Shown: in pieces, positions 37,486-49,510 of the stretch
Position numbering within the stretch: the first letter of the stretch is position 1
Layout of the letters: each line of letters begins with the position of its first letter
Origin: an uncultured Pseudomonadales bacterium
GTDB taxonomy: Bacteria; Patescibacteriota; Microgenomatia; UBA1400; CAYXSR01
Length of the DNA stretch: 64,000 nucleotides
Assembly: GCA_964430265.1 (NCBI GenBank)
Contig: CAYSEI010000003.1
Location: forward strand, 1,070 to 65,069
Direction: 5' to 3'
Translations under genes and position numbers: made by a program
Notes under the pieces: generated by a model
The model's input: only the letters and a program-made list of their open reading frames with translations
Told to the model about the DNA's origin: nothing
The model's database searches: none

Positions 37486-39621
37486 TCAGGTGTCAGCTGC
37501 AACTGACGGAAGAGTAAAGTAAAAAGTGGCTCCTTTTTTTGGCTCAGAATTAACACCTATTTTTCCACCCATACGTTCAATAAAAAGTTTGGAAATATAC
37601 AAGCCTAATCCTGTCCCGCTTTTTTTATCATCTTCCGAGGTTTCCAAACGCGAGAATTTTTTAAATAATTTACTTTGTGCTTCTTTATTAATACCCGGAC
37701 CTGTATCTTCCACTTCCACCTTGACTTTATTTTTCTTTTTAAAACAGCAGACAATAACTTTGCCTTTATCAGTATATTTAATTGCGTTACTTACTAGATT
37801 AATTATTACCTCCTTAATTTTGTCCAAATCAGCTTCAACTATACACTCGTTTTTATTACCGTTAGTATATTTTAATTCCAAATCTTTTTGTTTGGCTTCT
37901 ATTTGAAAACGATCAACAATTTCTTTACAGACTTCTTCCAAATTAAATTTAGAAACCTCTAAATCCAACCGTCCTGATTCAATCCGGGAAACGTTAAGCA
38001 TGTTATTAACCAGTCTAATCATTCTTTGTGCCCCCTGGGAAGCATCATCAATCAGTTTCTCTGCTTGCTCTGGCAAATCACCTGCATCACCATCTGCTAA
38101 CATGGATAAATATCCATTAATAATGGTTAAAGGTGAACGCAGTTCGTGTGAGGCCATGGAAACAAAATCATCCTTAAGTTGTGAAACTTGTTTAAGCTTT
38201 TTATTTGCTTTCTGTAATTCTTGTGTTGCTTCATTTACTTCTTTTTCTAAAGTTTGGCTAAACTTTTTAATCTCCTCAAAAGATAATGCGTTTTGTACAG
38301 CAACAGCAATTTCCGGAACCATAATCATCAAAGCTTCTATATCCTTTTCAAAATATATATCTCCTGACAATTTATGGTCTAAAATCAAAAGCCCCACATT
38401 GTTTTTTTCAACTCTAAGAGGGAAAATAAAGCCGGCATTGTGTTTACGCATCCACTCTTTTAATTTACTTTCTTCCATTTCATCAAATATAAAAGGACCT
38501 TTTCTTTTAAGAAACTGCAAAATTTGAGAATATTTAAGGTTATTGAAGCTCATTTTATTTTTATATACATGTTTTATTTCTCCCTTTTTAACCACCACAA
38601 TTGCACCTTCTTTTATCTTCATCTCTTTTAAAATAGTTTCCAAGGCTTTGGGAGCAATTTTATTTAGATCCAAGGAAGAACTTAAATAACCACCGACCTT
38701 GTTTAATAATTTTTCCGTCTCATAGCGATCTTTGAAAAATATGTCGTCTGTAATTCCCTCAAGATAACGTCGTAAAGGTTGAAAAGTTAGTGCAATTAAA
38801 AAAGCTAAACCTCCATTAATCAGCATTTGTTGTGTTCGTACAATTTCACCCGTCAGAAAATAACTGATACCAAAGATCACTACAATATAGAATGCTTCTA
38901 ATGTAGTTAAAAGCAGTGCCCAAGAAACAGTTTTTGCAACAACTAATCTAATATCAAAAAGACGGTGTTTAATAATTGCATAAGTAACAAAACCAACCAA
39001 AACCAAAGAAAAAGTGGGACCTAAAAACATAAATCTGGATGTCTGTAAAAGAAACAAAAACACGAAATTAGTTAAAGCACCAAAAAGAAAAGTTGCTATT
39101 ATTCCGGCAATAAAAAACTTAAGCTGTGTTTTTTTTAATCCCCTTGCTTGCAAAAATCGTTTGATTAAAACAATACAAGCTGCAATAAAATAACCGATTA
39201 AAGTAATTGCGTATAAGACTATCGCTGGCCCTGGACTAGGTTGAATATTTCCAGACTGAAAAGAAACTGAAAAAAACATAAAAGGAGTAAATGTTGAAAT
39301 AGCTGTTAAGAAGGTTAAGAAACTTAATATAAAAGTCCAAGATTTTCTAAGTTCTAATTTGTCCTCGGGGAAAGTTTCTGCAAGAAACAAAAGCAAAAGT
39401 CCTGCCGGCGAAGTAACAAACATCACCATTCTGATCCAAAAAAGAGTTTGTTCTGGGGTCTGTGAAAAAAGAGAAAAATAGTTTGCTATTGACCAACTTC
39501 CAAAACAAACAGTAAGTGCAGATAATAATCTATGGGAGGCACCTTTGGGATTTTTTAAAAATACAAAAATACCTAAAATAAAATTAAAAAAGGCAGTTAA
39601 TAAAGAAATAACAAGTTCCAT
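37486..39621 (-). CDS. Sensor histidine kinase with a polytopic N-terminal membrane domain
   Basis: About 6 TM at the N-terminus. H-box MASHELRSPLTIINGY. N, G1 and G2 boxes include DTGPGI and GTGLGL. Confidence 0.8.
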   Translation of the reverse strand: MELVISLLTAFFNFILGIFVFLKNPKGASHRLLSALTVCFGSWSIANYFSLFSQTPEQTLFWIRMVMFVTSPAGLLLLFLAETFPEDKLELRKSWTFILSFLTFLTAISTFTPFMFFSVSFQSGNIQPSPGPAIVLYAITLIGYFIAACIVLIKRFLQARGLKKTQLKFFIAGIIATFLFGALTNFVFLFLLQTSRFMFLGPTFSLVLVGFVTYAIIKHRLFDIRLVVAKTVSWALLLTTLEAFYIVVIFGISYFLTGEIVRTQQMLINGGLAFLIALTFQPLRRYLEGITDDIFFKDRYETEKLLNKVGGYLSSSLDLNKIAPKALETILKEMKIKEGAIVVVKKGEIKHVYKNKMSFNNLKYSQILQFLKRKGPFIFDEMEESKLKEWMRKHNAGFIFPLRVEKNNVGLLILDHKLSGDIYFEKDIEALMIMVPEIAVAVQNALSFEEIKKFSQTLEKEVNEATQELQKANKKLKQVSQLKDDFVSMASHELRSPLTIINGYLSMLADGDAGDLPEQAEKLIDDASQGAQRMIRLVNNMLNVSRIESGRLDLEVSKFNLEEVCKEIVDRFQIEAKQKDLELKYTNGNKNECIVEADLDKIKEVIINLVSNAIKYTDKGKVIVCCFKKKNKVKVEVEDTGPGINKEAQSKLFKKFSRLETSEDDKKSGTGLGLYISKLFIERMGGKIGVNSEPKKGATFYFTLPSVAADT

Positions 39622-39662
39622 TATTTCTAGTCTATCATATTCAATAATAAAAAAAATACTTT

Positions 39663-40859
39663 TTAAGATAGTGCTGTCAAAACTGCTTCACCGATGTTCG
39701 GAGGAAAAAAATTTTTAACAAATTCTTGAACTTCTTTTCTTGAAGCTGACGATTCTAAGGGAGTAATTATAGCTCTTTCCGGAACCTTTTTATTTAAAAT
39801 ACATCTTTTTAAAAAGGCTGCTTCTGCTCCACTGGTAACACCTACAACTGAGCGCATCTGTGCAAAACTGCAAATTTCGCCTTTCATTTGCATTTCCAAA
39901 GACCTTAATAGTGAAGATGAAACATTTTCAATTCCCACACCTGCTGCAATAATAACAGGTAAAAGCGATTGTTGTTTTTCTTTGTCTTTTGACAACTCCA
40001 TCATTCTTTCCCTATTAAATCTTCCCAGTATTTTTTCTAGTCTACCGTGAAATACAGGCAAGTCTTGGTTTAAAGAAAATCTCTCAATATCAACAATTGC
40101 CCCTTGACCTTCCAAATTGGTTCCCATAACCACATCTTTGCCAAGCTCCCTAGAAATAACTCTTAGCCAAAGTTTTGTCAATCCATTATCACAAGCATCA
40201 ACAATATATTCTGCATTGTTAATAGCTTTTTCCATGTCTTCCGGCCTGAGATATTGTGCAAAAGGATGAATATTGGCTTCAGGAAAGATTTCCCAAGCTC
40301 TTTGTGCTGCAACAACAGCTTTTTCTTTTCCCTTATCTGCATTAGTAAAAACAGAACATCTGCCCAGATTTGAAGCCGCTACTTTATCTCCATCCCAAAT
40401 TTCTAAGCTTCCTTCCAGACCAATTCCAATTCCTTCCCTTACCAAACAATCCATAACTTCACTTCCCGTACTTGCACCCACTATAAGTACTTTTGCCGAT
40501 CCCAATTCTTGAACTTGCTCCCTGTTTGTCACTCCTTCATGGCGTGAAAGAACTAACCGCGCGTGTTCATTTCTTGGTAACAAATGATAAATTTCTTTTT
40601 TCCAAGGCAAATAAACCCATCTACCGATTTTTTCAGGACTTGTTCCGTTTTCCTGTGTAAACGCTTGCATTTCATCACGAGTCAAACACTCATCCAACTC
40701 TTTCAAATCCTGCTCCACGGTATCAAATACTTCAATCCTTGTTTTTTTTAAAAGTTCCGGTCTAAATTCAAGATCAGCAGCTTGCCTTATTATCGGTTTT
40801 TGATCCTCTAAACTTGTGTGTTCATGATTGATTACACCAGTTTGTTTTTCAGGACTCAT
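39663..40859 (-). CDS. ThiF/MoeB/E1-like adenylyltransferase with unusual N- and C-terminal extensions
   Basis: Rossmann region KVLIVGASTGSEVMDCLVREGIG with a non-canonical glycine loop. DGDKVAASNLGRC matches DxDxVxxSNLNR. DKGKEKAVVAAQR is present. DACDN is the E1 DxxDN-like motif. No Zn tetracysteine. The ATGA start/stop overlaps the upstream ORF. Confidence 0.65.
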   Translation of the reverse strand: MSPEKQTGVINHEHTSLEDQKPIIRQAADLEFRPELLKKTRIEVFDTVEQDLKELDECLTRDEMQAFTQENGTSPEKIGRWVYLPWKKEIYHLLPRNEHARLVLSRHEGVTNREQVQELGSAKVLIVGASTGSEVMDCLVREGIGIGLEGSLEIWDGDKVAASNLGRCSVFTNADKGKEKAVVAAQRAWEIFPEANIHPFAQYLRPEDMEKAINNAEYIVDACDNGLTKLWLRVISRELGKDVVMGTNLEGQGAIVDIERFSLNQDLPVFHGRLEKILGRFNRERMMELSKDKEKQQSLLPVIIAAGVGIENVSSSLLRSLEMQMKGEICSFAQMRSVVGVTSGAEAAFLKRCILNKKVPERAIITPLESSASRKEVQEFVKNFFPPNIGEAVLTALS

Positions 40860-41557
40860 TTCTCTCCTTTAAAAACGTATAATTCAGGCTTACCCATAAT
40901 AAATTTTTTCCAGTATCCGGGAAAATTATCAAACAAAGTTTTCGCTTTAGGATCCTCTTCTTTTAAAAACATATTTTCTACTTTTTCTATTCTTACTCCC
41001 GAACTATCCACAAAAGCCGCTACTCCCGAAGGCATAATTGCATAAAGCATTTTAATTCCCTGTCTTTCTGCTATTTTTTCAGTTGCTCGATAAAGCATTA
41101 ATGTCATTTTTTGCTTAGTTTCCCTTGGAGTCCCCGGATCAAAAGCAAACTTGCCCAATTCTCCTATTTGACTGACATCTAATCCTTTTCTTTCATGCGG
41201 CCAGTTTCCTTGCACTCCTACCCAGTTTTGTGCGTCTATAGCTTGCCATTCTTCATTTCCTTTTGAACCCATAATCAGTCTTAGAGTCGCCTTTGTTTCA
41301 CCCCAAAAATTAGCAACTACTGTATGTGTTAATCCTTTTTGGTTGTAATAATCTTCACAAAGATAATTTTCAATTTCTTCTCTGCTTAGTTCTTTCCCTG
41401 TATAAGCAGAGTAGCCTGTAATTACCAGCTCCTGAACAGCACAATTTCTTTTTCCATTTTCAACACAGGCAGTGATAATTGGCTGGCCTTCCGGAGAAGT
41501 CCTGCTAATTTCAAAATATTCGTTGTGTCCTGGATTATGAAGTCTTTCCATCTTCAA
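40856..41557 (-). CDS. Hypothetical protein translationally coupled to the E1-like gene. A GNAT-fold acyltransferase is one possibility but is unverified.
   Basis: 233 aa with no family recognised. Its stop overlaps the E1-like start by 4 nt (ATGA). Confidence 0.3.
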   Translation of the reverse strand: MKMERLHNPGHNEYFEISRTSPEGQPIITACVENGKRNCAVQELVITGYSAYTGKELSREEIENYLCEDYYNQKGLTHTVVANFWGETKATLRLIMGSKGNEEWQAIDAQNWVGVQGNWPHERKGLDVSQIGELGKFAFDPGTPRETKQKMTLMLYRATEKIAERQGIKMLYAIMPSGVAAFVDSSGVRIEKVENMFLKEEDPKAKTLFDNFPGYWKKFIMGKPELYVFKGEK

Positions 41558-41652
41558 TAGGTTAACAAAAAAAATCCCGAAAATCTAGAGTTATTAGATA
41601 TATTCTAAAAGTAAAGCTTTCCCAGTTTAATAATCTTCTGATATAATAAGAA

Positions 41653-44339
<2,687 letters not shown>

Positions 44340-44342
44340 TTT

Positions 44343-44918
44343 TTAATCAAAATACTCGATTTTATGGAAGTCTATGCCAATGATTTCACAAGCATCCTGA
44401 TCGTGAACACTGTCACCCAGCATTAAATACTTGTCTTTGTTTGTTTTCGGATCATAGATAAGCTTAAAACCTTCAGGATTAGGTTTAATAAACTTGACAT
44501 TAGTACGGGTAACCAAAAATTCGAACTTATCAAAAAGATTATGATCCTTTAAAATTTGGGTTATTGTTGGTTGTGTATTTGATGACCAAATATACAATTG
44601 CTTCTTGTTTAATTTGACAATCATGTTTATTAATTCCGGATTTTTGTAATACCCTCTAAGTTTTTCTTGTTCAAAACGGGTGTTATTTTTTATAAACAAA
44701 TTTTTTGCAGCATCGCCAAATTCTTTAACATAATTATTTATTACAAGGCTTAAACGCATTTCCTTGTCAATATATTTTTTGTAGTATTTGGGGTTCCATT
44801 CAATAAGCTGTTTTTTTATTGGCTCTAACACTATATCCCAAGGTAAATCCAAATGAAAAAGTGTTTTGTCAAAATCAATAATCAAATGTGTTTTATTTGG
44901 ATATAAATCAATCAGCAT
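44343..44918 (-). CDS. HAD-superfamily hydrolase
   Basis: Motif I DFDKTLF (DxDxT). Motif IV GDSVHDQD. Confidence 0.5.
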   Translation of the reverse strand: MLIDLYPNKTHLIIDFDKTLFHLDLPWDIVLEPIKKQLIEWNPKYYKKYIDKEMRLSLVINNYVKEFGDAAKNLFIKNNTRFEQEKLRGYYKNPELINMIVKLNKKQLYIWSSNTQPTITQILKDHNLFDKFEFLVTRTNVKFIKPNPEGFKLIYDPKTNKDKYLMLGDSVHDQDACEIIGIDFHKIEYFD

Positions 44919-44933
44919 ACTTTATATTTTAAC

Positions 44934-44976
44934 AAAAAAAGAGCGGACATAGATACATAAAGTTTCTAGTCCGCCC
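44934..44976 (-). terminator. Putative rho-independent terminator downstream of the RRM gene
   Basis: Minus-strand RNA reads GGGCGGAC, a 20-nt loop, GUCCGCUC (8 bp including one G-U pair), then U7. The long loop lowers confidence. Confidence 0.45.
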
Positions 44977-44989
44977 TATTTTCTAATTT

Positions 44990-45244
44990 TTATCTTTTCT
45001 TGGGTCTAGCTTCATTAACAACTAATTCTCTTCCTTCAAAATCTTTGCCGTTCAATTCATCAATTGCTTTTTGTGCTTCTTCATCTGAAGACATTTCAAC
45101 AAAACCAAATCCGCGTGAGCGACCGGTTTGTCTGTCTGTTATGACATTAGCACTTACCACACTGCCGAATTGAGCAAATAACTCTTCTAACTTGTCATTG
45201 GTTATTCCCCAATCAAGGTTTCCGATGTATAATTTTTTATTCAC
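44990..45244 (-). CDS. RRM-type (RNP-1/RNP-2) RNA-binding protein
   Basis: RNP-2 LYIGNL. RNP-1 RGFGFVEM. 84 aa. Strong RBS (GGAGGTG) upstream. Confidence 0.8.
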   Translation of the reverse strand: MNKKLYIGNLDWGITNDKLEELFAQFGSVVSANVITDRQTGRSRGFGFVEMSSDEEAQKAIDELNGKDFEGRELVVNEARPKKR

Positions 45245-45372
45245 TTAATTCACCTCCCTTATATTTTTGGAAAATCTTCTCTGAAGTACTGTTTTTCGAG
45301 GTTCAAAAGAAAAATTTATCCTAACTTAATTAACACCTGAATTATAACACTATCTACAGGGAAATAACAACA

Positions 45373-46500
45373 TCAATTAAAAATATACAAAATTGGGATC
45401 AGATCTGCAGTTACAAGAGTATATGTATTAATTAGTCCGGTAAATATCTGATATACAATCCCAATAACTATACTCATAAGCAAAAAGCTGGTTTTTTCTT
45501 TTGGCAGACTAACAGAAGTTAAAATCGCCAGTCCTGGCAAAGCCGGTAAAATATATCGCATTTGCGCAGAACCGCCTTGGACATGAAAAAAAGTCAACCC
45601 TATAAAAAAACTCAAATTCCAAATAATTATGCTTAAATACTTTTTTTTATTAATTTTTTTTAAGTTTAATATAAACAGATAGGATAATGGAGATAATAAA
45701 AGTGTTTGCGTAAAATAAAAGTAAAAGGGTCTATTGGCTGCCTTTTTAACAAAAGGAAACATTTCCTGGACAATCTTTCTGGTGTGGGTATTAGGAAAAA
45801 ATTGTCCGGTTTTACTCATATAATATAAAAACCAAAAAATAATCAAGGAAATTAAAAACATAAAGAGTAATATTTTAAAAATCTTTTGCTTGATTACTTT
45901 GTTACTCTGCCAAATATTAACTAAAATAGCCGGTAAAATAAATACAGCCGGTAATTTGGTAAATAAACTTAATAAAGAAAATAAACCACTTAAGAGTAAA
46001 AATTTGTATTCTTCTGATTTTAAAGAAAAATAAAAAGAAAGCGTAATTAAAAATGTTAAAAATGAATCAATCCACAGTTTACTTGAAACAAATAAATTAA
46101 CCGGACATATAGCCATAAAAAGCATTGCAAATAATGAATTATTTTTATTGGTTAATCGCTTGCTTATCTTAAAAACCAAGTATACTGTAGCTAAGGATGA
46201 AACAACAGGAACTAACATTAAGAATCTTTCTCCCCATATTTGATAAATTATTTTACCCAAATAAACAAAAAGAGGGGGGTGATGAAAAACAGAGTAATCA
46301 TATACAATTGCCGGTAATTTTTCTAAAATTACTGTATTTTGCAGGCTATATTTCTCTAATTGAAATTGATCCTTTTTTATTAGGGTAGTATAAATGACTT
46401 CATCGTTTTCAATATGGGAAGTAAAAAAGGTAGAAAGCCTAAAAATAAAGGAAATCAATAAAACCAGAAAGACAACAATCCGTATCTGTTTATTATTCAC
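45373..46500 (-). CDS. GT-C fold membrane glycosyltransferase (ArnT/PMT, GT39/GT83-like)
   Basis: 375 aa polytopic protein. Acidic DE motif in the first extracytoplasmic loop (HIENDEVIY). Confidence 0.5.
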   Translation of the reverse strand: MNNKQIRIVVFLVLLISFIFRLSTFFTSHIENDEVIYTTLIKKDQFQLEKYSLQNTVILEKLPAIVYDYSVFHHPPLFVYLGKIIYQIWGERFLMLVPVVSSLATVYLVFKISKRLTNKNNSLFAMLFMAICPVNLFVSSKLWIDSFLTFLITLSFYFSLKSEEYKFLLLSGLFSLLSLFTKLPAVFILPAILVNIWQSNKVIKQKIFKILLFMFLISLIIFWFLYYMSKTGQFFPNTHTRKIVQEMFPFVKKAANRPFYFYFTQTLLLSPLSYLFILNLKKINKKKYLSIIIWNLSFFIGLTFFHVQGGSAQMRYILPALPGLAILTSVSLPKEKTSFLLMSIVIGIVYQIFTGLINTYTLVTADLIPILYIFN

Positions 46501-46604
46501 TTTATAATCTTAACATATCTTTTATTTATTATTTAAGTGATATTTGACAATCCTTTTTTTTCTATTTATATTAATATTAATATTAATTGGTTTATAAGGA
46601 AAAA

Positions 46605-46955
46605 ATGTCAGAAGAAAAGAAAAAGTCGTCTTTAAATTTAGATTCAAATATTGCTGGAGCTTTAAGTTATGCTTTGGGACCAGTCACCGGAATTATTTTT
46701 TATATTTTGGAAGAAAAAGATAAATTTGTACGCTTTCATGCTTTACAATCAACCATTACTTTTGGCAGCCTTTTTGTTCTAAGGTTTGTTTTGCACGCTT
46801 TATCCTATCCATTCTGGGGAATAATGTCTTTATTACTTTCTGCCATAAACCTTGCCGGTTTGGTTCTTTGGGTAGTATTAATGGTCAAAGCATTTCAGAA
46901 TGAGAAATACAAACTTCCAGTTATTGGAGATCTAGCAGAAAAAAACATTAAATAA
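46605..46955 (+). CDS. DUF4870-like small membrane protein
   Basis: ALSYALGPVTGIIFYILEEKDKFVRFHALQS followed by two further TM helices. Confidence 0.5.
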   Translation: MSEEKKKSSLNLDSNIAGALSYALGPVTGIIFYILEEKDKFVRFHALQSTITFGSLFVLRFVLHALSYPFWGIMSLLLSAINLAGLVLWVVLMVKAFQNEKYKLPVIGDLAEKNIK

Positions 46956-46957
46956 AT

Positions 46958-48145
46958 TTATTTTTCTTGTAAAGCTTTAATTCCTGGCAAAGTGCCTTTC
47001 TCAATATATTCAAGCATTGCCCCTCCACCAGTTGAAACATGATCTATAACGTCTAAATATTTTTTCTTTCTCAAGCAAGCCAGCGTGTCTCCGCCCCCGA
47101 CAATACTCATTGATTCGGGATTTTGGGCAATTGCATAATAAATAAATTCTGTTCCCTTGCTAAATTTTTCTTTTTCAAAAACACCCATCGGTCCGTTCCA
47201 AATAATTGTTCCAGCCTTGGAAATAATATTGCCAAATTCCGCTTGGGTTTTGGGTCCAATATCCAAAGCCTGCCAATCTTCTGGAATTTTATCTGAAGCA
47301 ACAACTCCGTCTTCCTTTTCTTTTTCCAAATCACCAAGAACAACATCCGTAGGTAGCATCATTGCTGTATTTCCCCTGGCAGCCTTCCAAAAAAGCATTT
47401 TAGCAGTTTCTTCCATTTCCCTATTTACCAATGACTTTCCTATCTCATAACCCCAGGCTTTTAAAAATGTATTAGCAACTCCACCGCCAACAAGACAATA
47501 ATCTGCTTTTTCCAAAAGTTTACCAATCAAAGTAATTTTTGTTTCGGCCTTAGCACCACCAATAATTGCTACCAAAGGCAGTTTTGGCTCATTAATTGCC
47601 CTATCAATTATTTTAATTTCTTTTTCCATTAACAAACCTGCCACACTGGGAAGAAAATGGTTTATACCTACAACTGAAGCATGCACACGATGAGAAACTC
47701 CAAAAGCGTCATTTACAAAAACCTCTGCAATTTGTGATAACTGTTTTGCAAATTCTTCTTTGTTTGCTCTTTCACCGAGATAAAAACGTACATTTTCCAT
47801 TAAAACTATACTCCCTGGTTTGTATTCTTTCAGTTTTTTTAGATTATCCTTTTTTGTATAATCTTCTGCAAAAAAATCAACTTTTTTATCCAATATCTTT
47901 TCCAAATGCTTTGCCACCGGCTCTAAAGTGTATTTAATATTTCTTTTCCCCTGCGGCCTACCAAAATGGGAGATTAAAAAGATTGTACAGTTCTGGTCAA
48001 GCAAATATTTAATTGTAGGTAGTGTTTGCTTTATCCGAAAATCATCAGCAATTTTCAGACCTTCTTCCATTGAAACATTATAGTCAACTCTTACTAGAAC
48101 TCTTTTATTTTTCAAATCGATGTTTTTAATGCTTTTTTTTGTCAT
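46958..48145 (-). CDS. pgk: Phosphoglycerate kinase
   Basis: N-terminal KRVLVRVDYNV. 395 aa. A C-terminal GGGA motif is present. Confidence 0.9.
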   Translation of the reverse strand: MTKKSIKNIDLKNKRVLVRVDYNVSMEEGLKIADDFRIKQTLPTIKYLLDQNCTIFLISHFGRPQGKRNIKYTLEPVAKHLEKILDKKVDFFAEDYTKKDNLKKLKEYKPGSIVLMENVRFYLGERANKEEFAKQLSQIAEVFVNDAFGVSHRVHASVVGINHFLPSVAGLLMEKEIKIIDRAINEPKLPLVAIIGGAKAETKITLIGKLLEKADYCLVGGGVANTFLKAWGYEIGKSLVNREMEETAKMLFWKAARGNTAMMLPTDVVLGDLEKEKEDGVVASDKIPEDWQALDIGPKTQAEFGNIISKAGTIIWNGPMGVFEKEKFSKGTEFIYYAIAQNPESMSIVGGGDTLACLRKKKYLDVIDHVSTGGGAMLEYIEKGTLPGIKALQEK

Positions 48146-48154
48146 ATAATCCTT

Positions 48155-49474
48155 TTAATCGGCTAACCCTTTATCATTTTCTAGTTTAACATCTTCTACT
48201 AAAATTTTCTCTTTCTTAATGTTTTGCGGACAAACAACATCCTCAATTAGATCGCGAGTGTTAAATACATTAAGCTGCTTAAACATGAATGTAAATCTTT
48301 TTTCCAAGGATTTTCTGATTTCTCTTTTTATTTCTTCATTAATTGACCAACTTTCTTTTTTAAACTCACCCCAAACTTTTTTACGCAGTTTATAATGAAA
48401 CTGCTCCTCAGTCTGATCTTTTTTTCTTTCGTCTGACTTGTTTTTATCCAACCACTTATACATACTTTTCAAAAGCTTTTCTGGAAATAGAGGATGATCC
48501 ATAATAATATTTTGGAAACCTGTTGCCAAATGCACTTCAATTGCCTCAGCCTGAGGAAACTGCGCAAAATAATCGTCTGGTAAAGTTGAGGCTCCGTGCT
48601 GCACTGTTCCACCCATTCCCAATTCACGACTTACCTGTGCTAGTTTTTTTAAGGTATCAAAATCAACATCCACATCTGCCAAACTACCGTCTGGGAGAAC
48701 AATTCCTCCATGATGCGTCCCTGTTTGAATGGAGACCTTTGACAAACCAATATGTTTATTTTTCAAGTTCTCTTCAAATCCCCGTATATATGCACGTAAC
48801 TCTTCTTCGGTTGAATTCTTGCCACCAATATGACCAATCTCGCCGCCAAGAGAAATTGTAATTCCTTTTGGTCCAAGCTCTCGGCAATAATTCGCCAGTT
48901 CTGCAGAAACCAAATAATTTTCTTGCTGCTGTTTTTTAATTTCATCATAAGAATAATCAACTAGCGTTGAGGCATCAATATCAATGTTGTAAAAGCCCGC
49001 ATCTATTGCTTCTTTTATAAGCTTTTTAATTTCCTTTAGTTCACTTTGCTTGGTTTTGCCTTTTTTTGCTACTTTTAATTGAAAATGGTCCCCTTGAATA
49101 AATAGAGGTCCTGTAAATCCTTCTCTTACTGCAGCAGCGATTACCACTCCTGCATATTCATGCGGCGGCTGTCCTGTATATCCCATCTCTGATCGCGCCA
49201 GTTCCAAAATTAATGCACCGACTTGATTTTTGACAGCTGCTTTAAAAACTGCTCTTGCCATATCATAAGCCATTCCCCTTAAGTTAATTGCCGGAACAGT
49301 AAAATTAAGCGGTAGTTCTTCTTTTCCTCTAGCTAAATAAAAGTCATTTATTGACGCTGGTTTAACCCCAACTTCTTGGGCTTTATTCCAGATTTCCAAA
49401 AAAGCTTGTTCTTTTTTTTTGCCTTTATTAAATGCCAAATCCCATGCTAATTGGTCCATTTTATCTTTTATCAT
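48155..49474 (-). CDS. Class II (metal-dependent) ketose-bisphosphate aldolase family protein, long form
   Basis: Block order PAIN...FIQGDH...GGEIGHIGG...QTGTHHG...VQHGAST matches class II FBA metal- and substrate-binding blocks. 439 aa. Confidence 0.6.
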   Translation of the reverse strand: MIKDKMDQLAWDLAFNKGKKKEQAFLEIWNKAQEVGVKPASINDFYLARGKEELPLNFTVPAINLRGMAYDMARAVFKAAVKNQVGALILELARSEMGYTGQPPHEYAGVVIAAAVREGFTGPLFIQGDHFQLKVAKKGKTKQSELKEIKKLIKEAIDAGFYNIDIDASTLVDYSYDEIKKQQQENYLVSAELANYCRELGPKGITISLGGEIGHIGGKNSTEEELRAYIRGFEENLKNKHIGLSKVSIQTGTHHGGIVLPDGSLADVDVDFDTLKKLAQVSRELGMGGTVQHGASTLPDDYFAQFPQAEAIEVHLATGFQNIIMDHPLFPEKLLKSMYKWLDKNKSDERKKDQTEEQFHYKLRKKVWGEFKKESWSINEEIKREIRKSLEKRFTFMFKQLNVFNTRDLIEDVVCPQNIKKEKILVEDVKLENDKGLAD

Positions 49475-49510
49475 TTTCCCTCCTAATTAAAATTATTCTT
49501 TATATAGATA

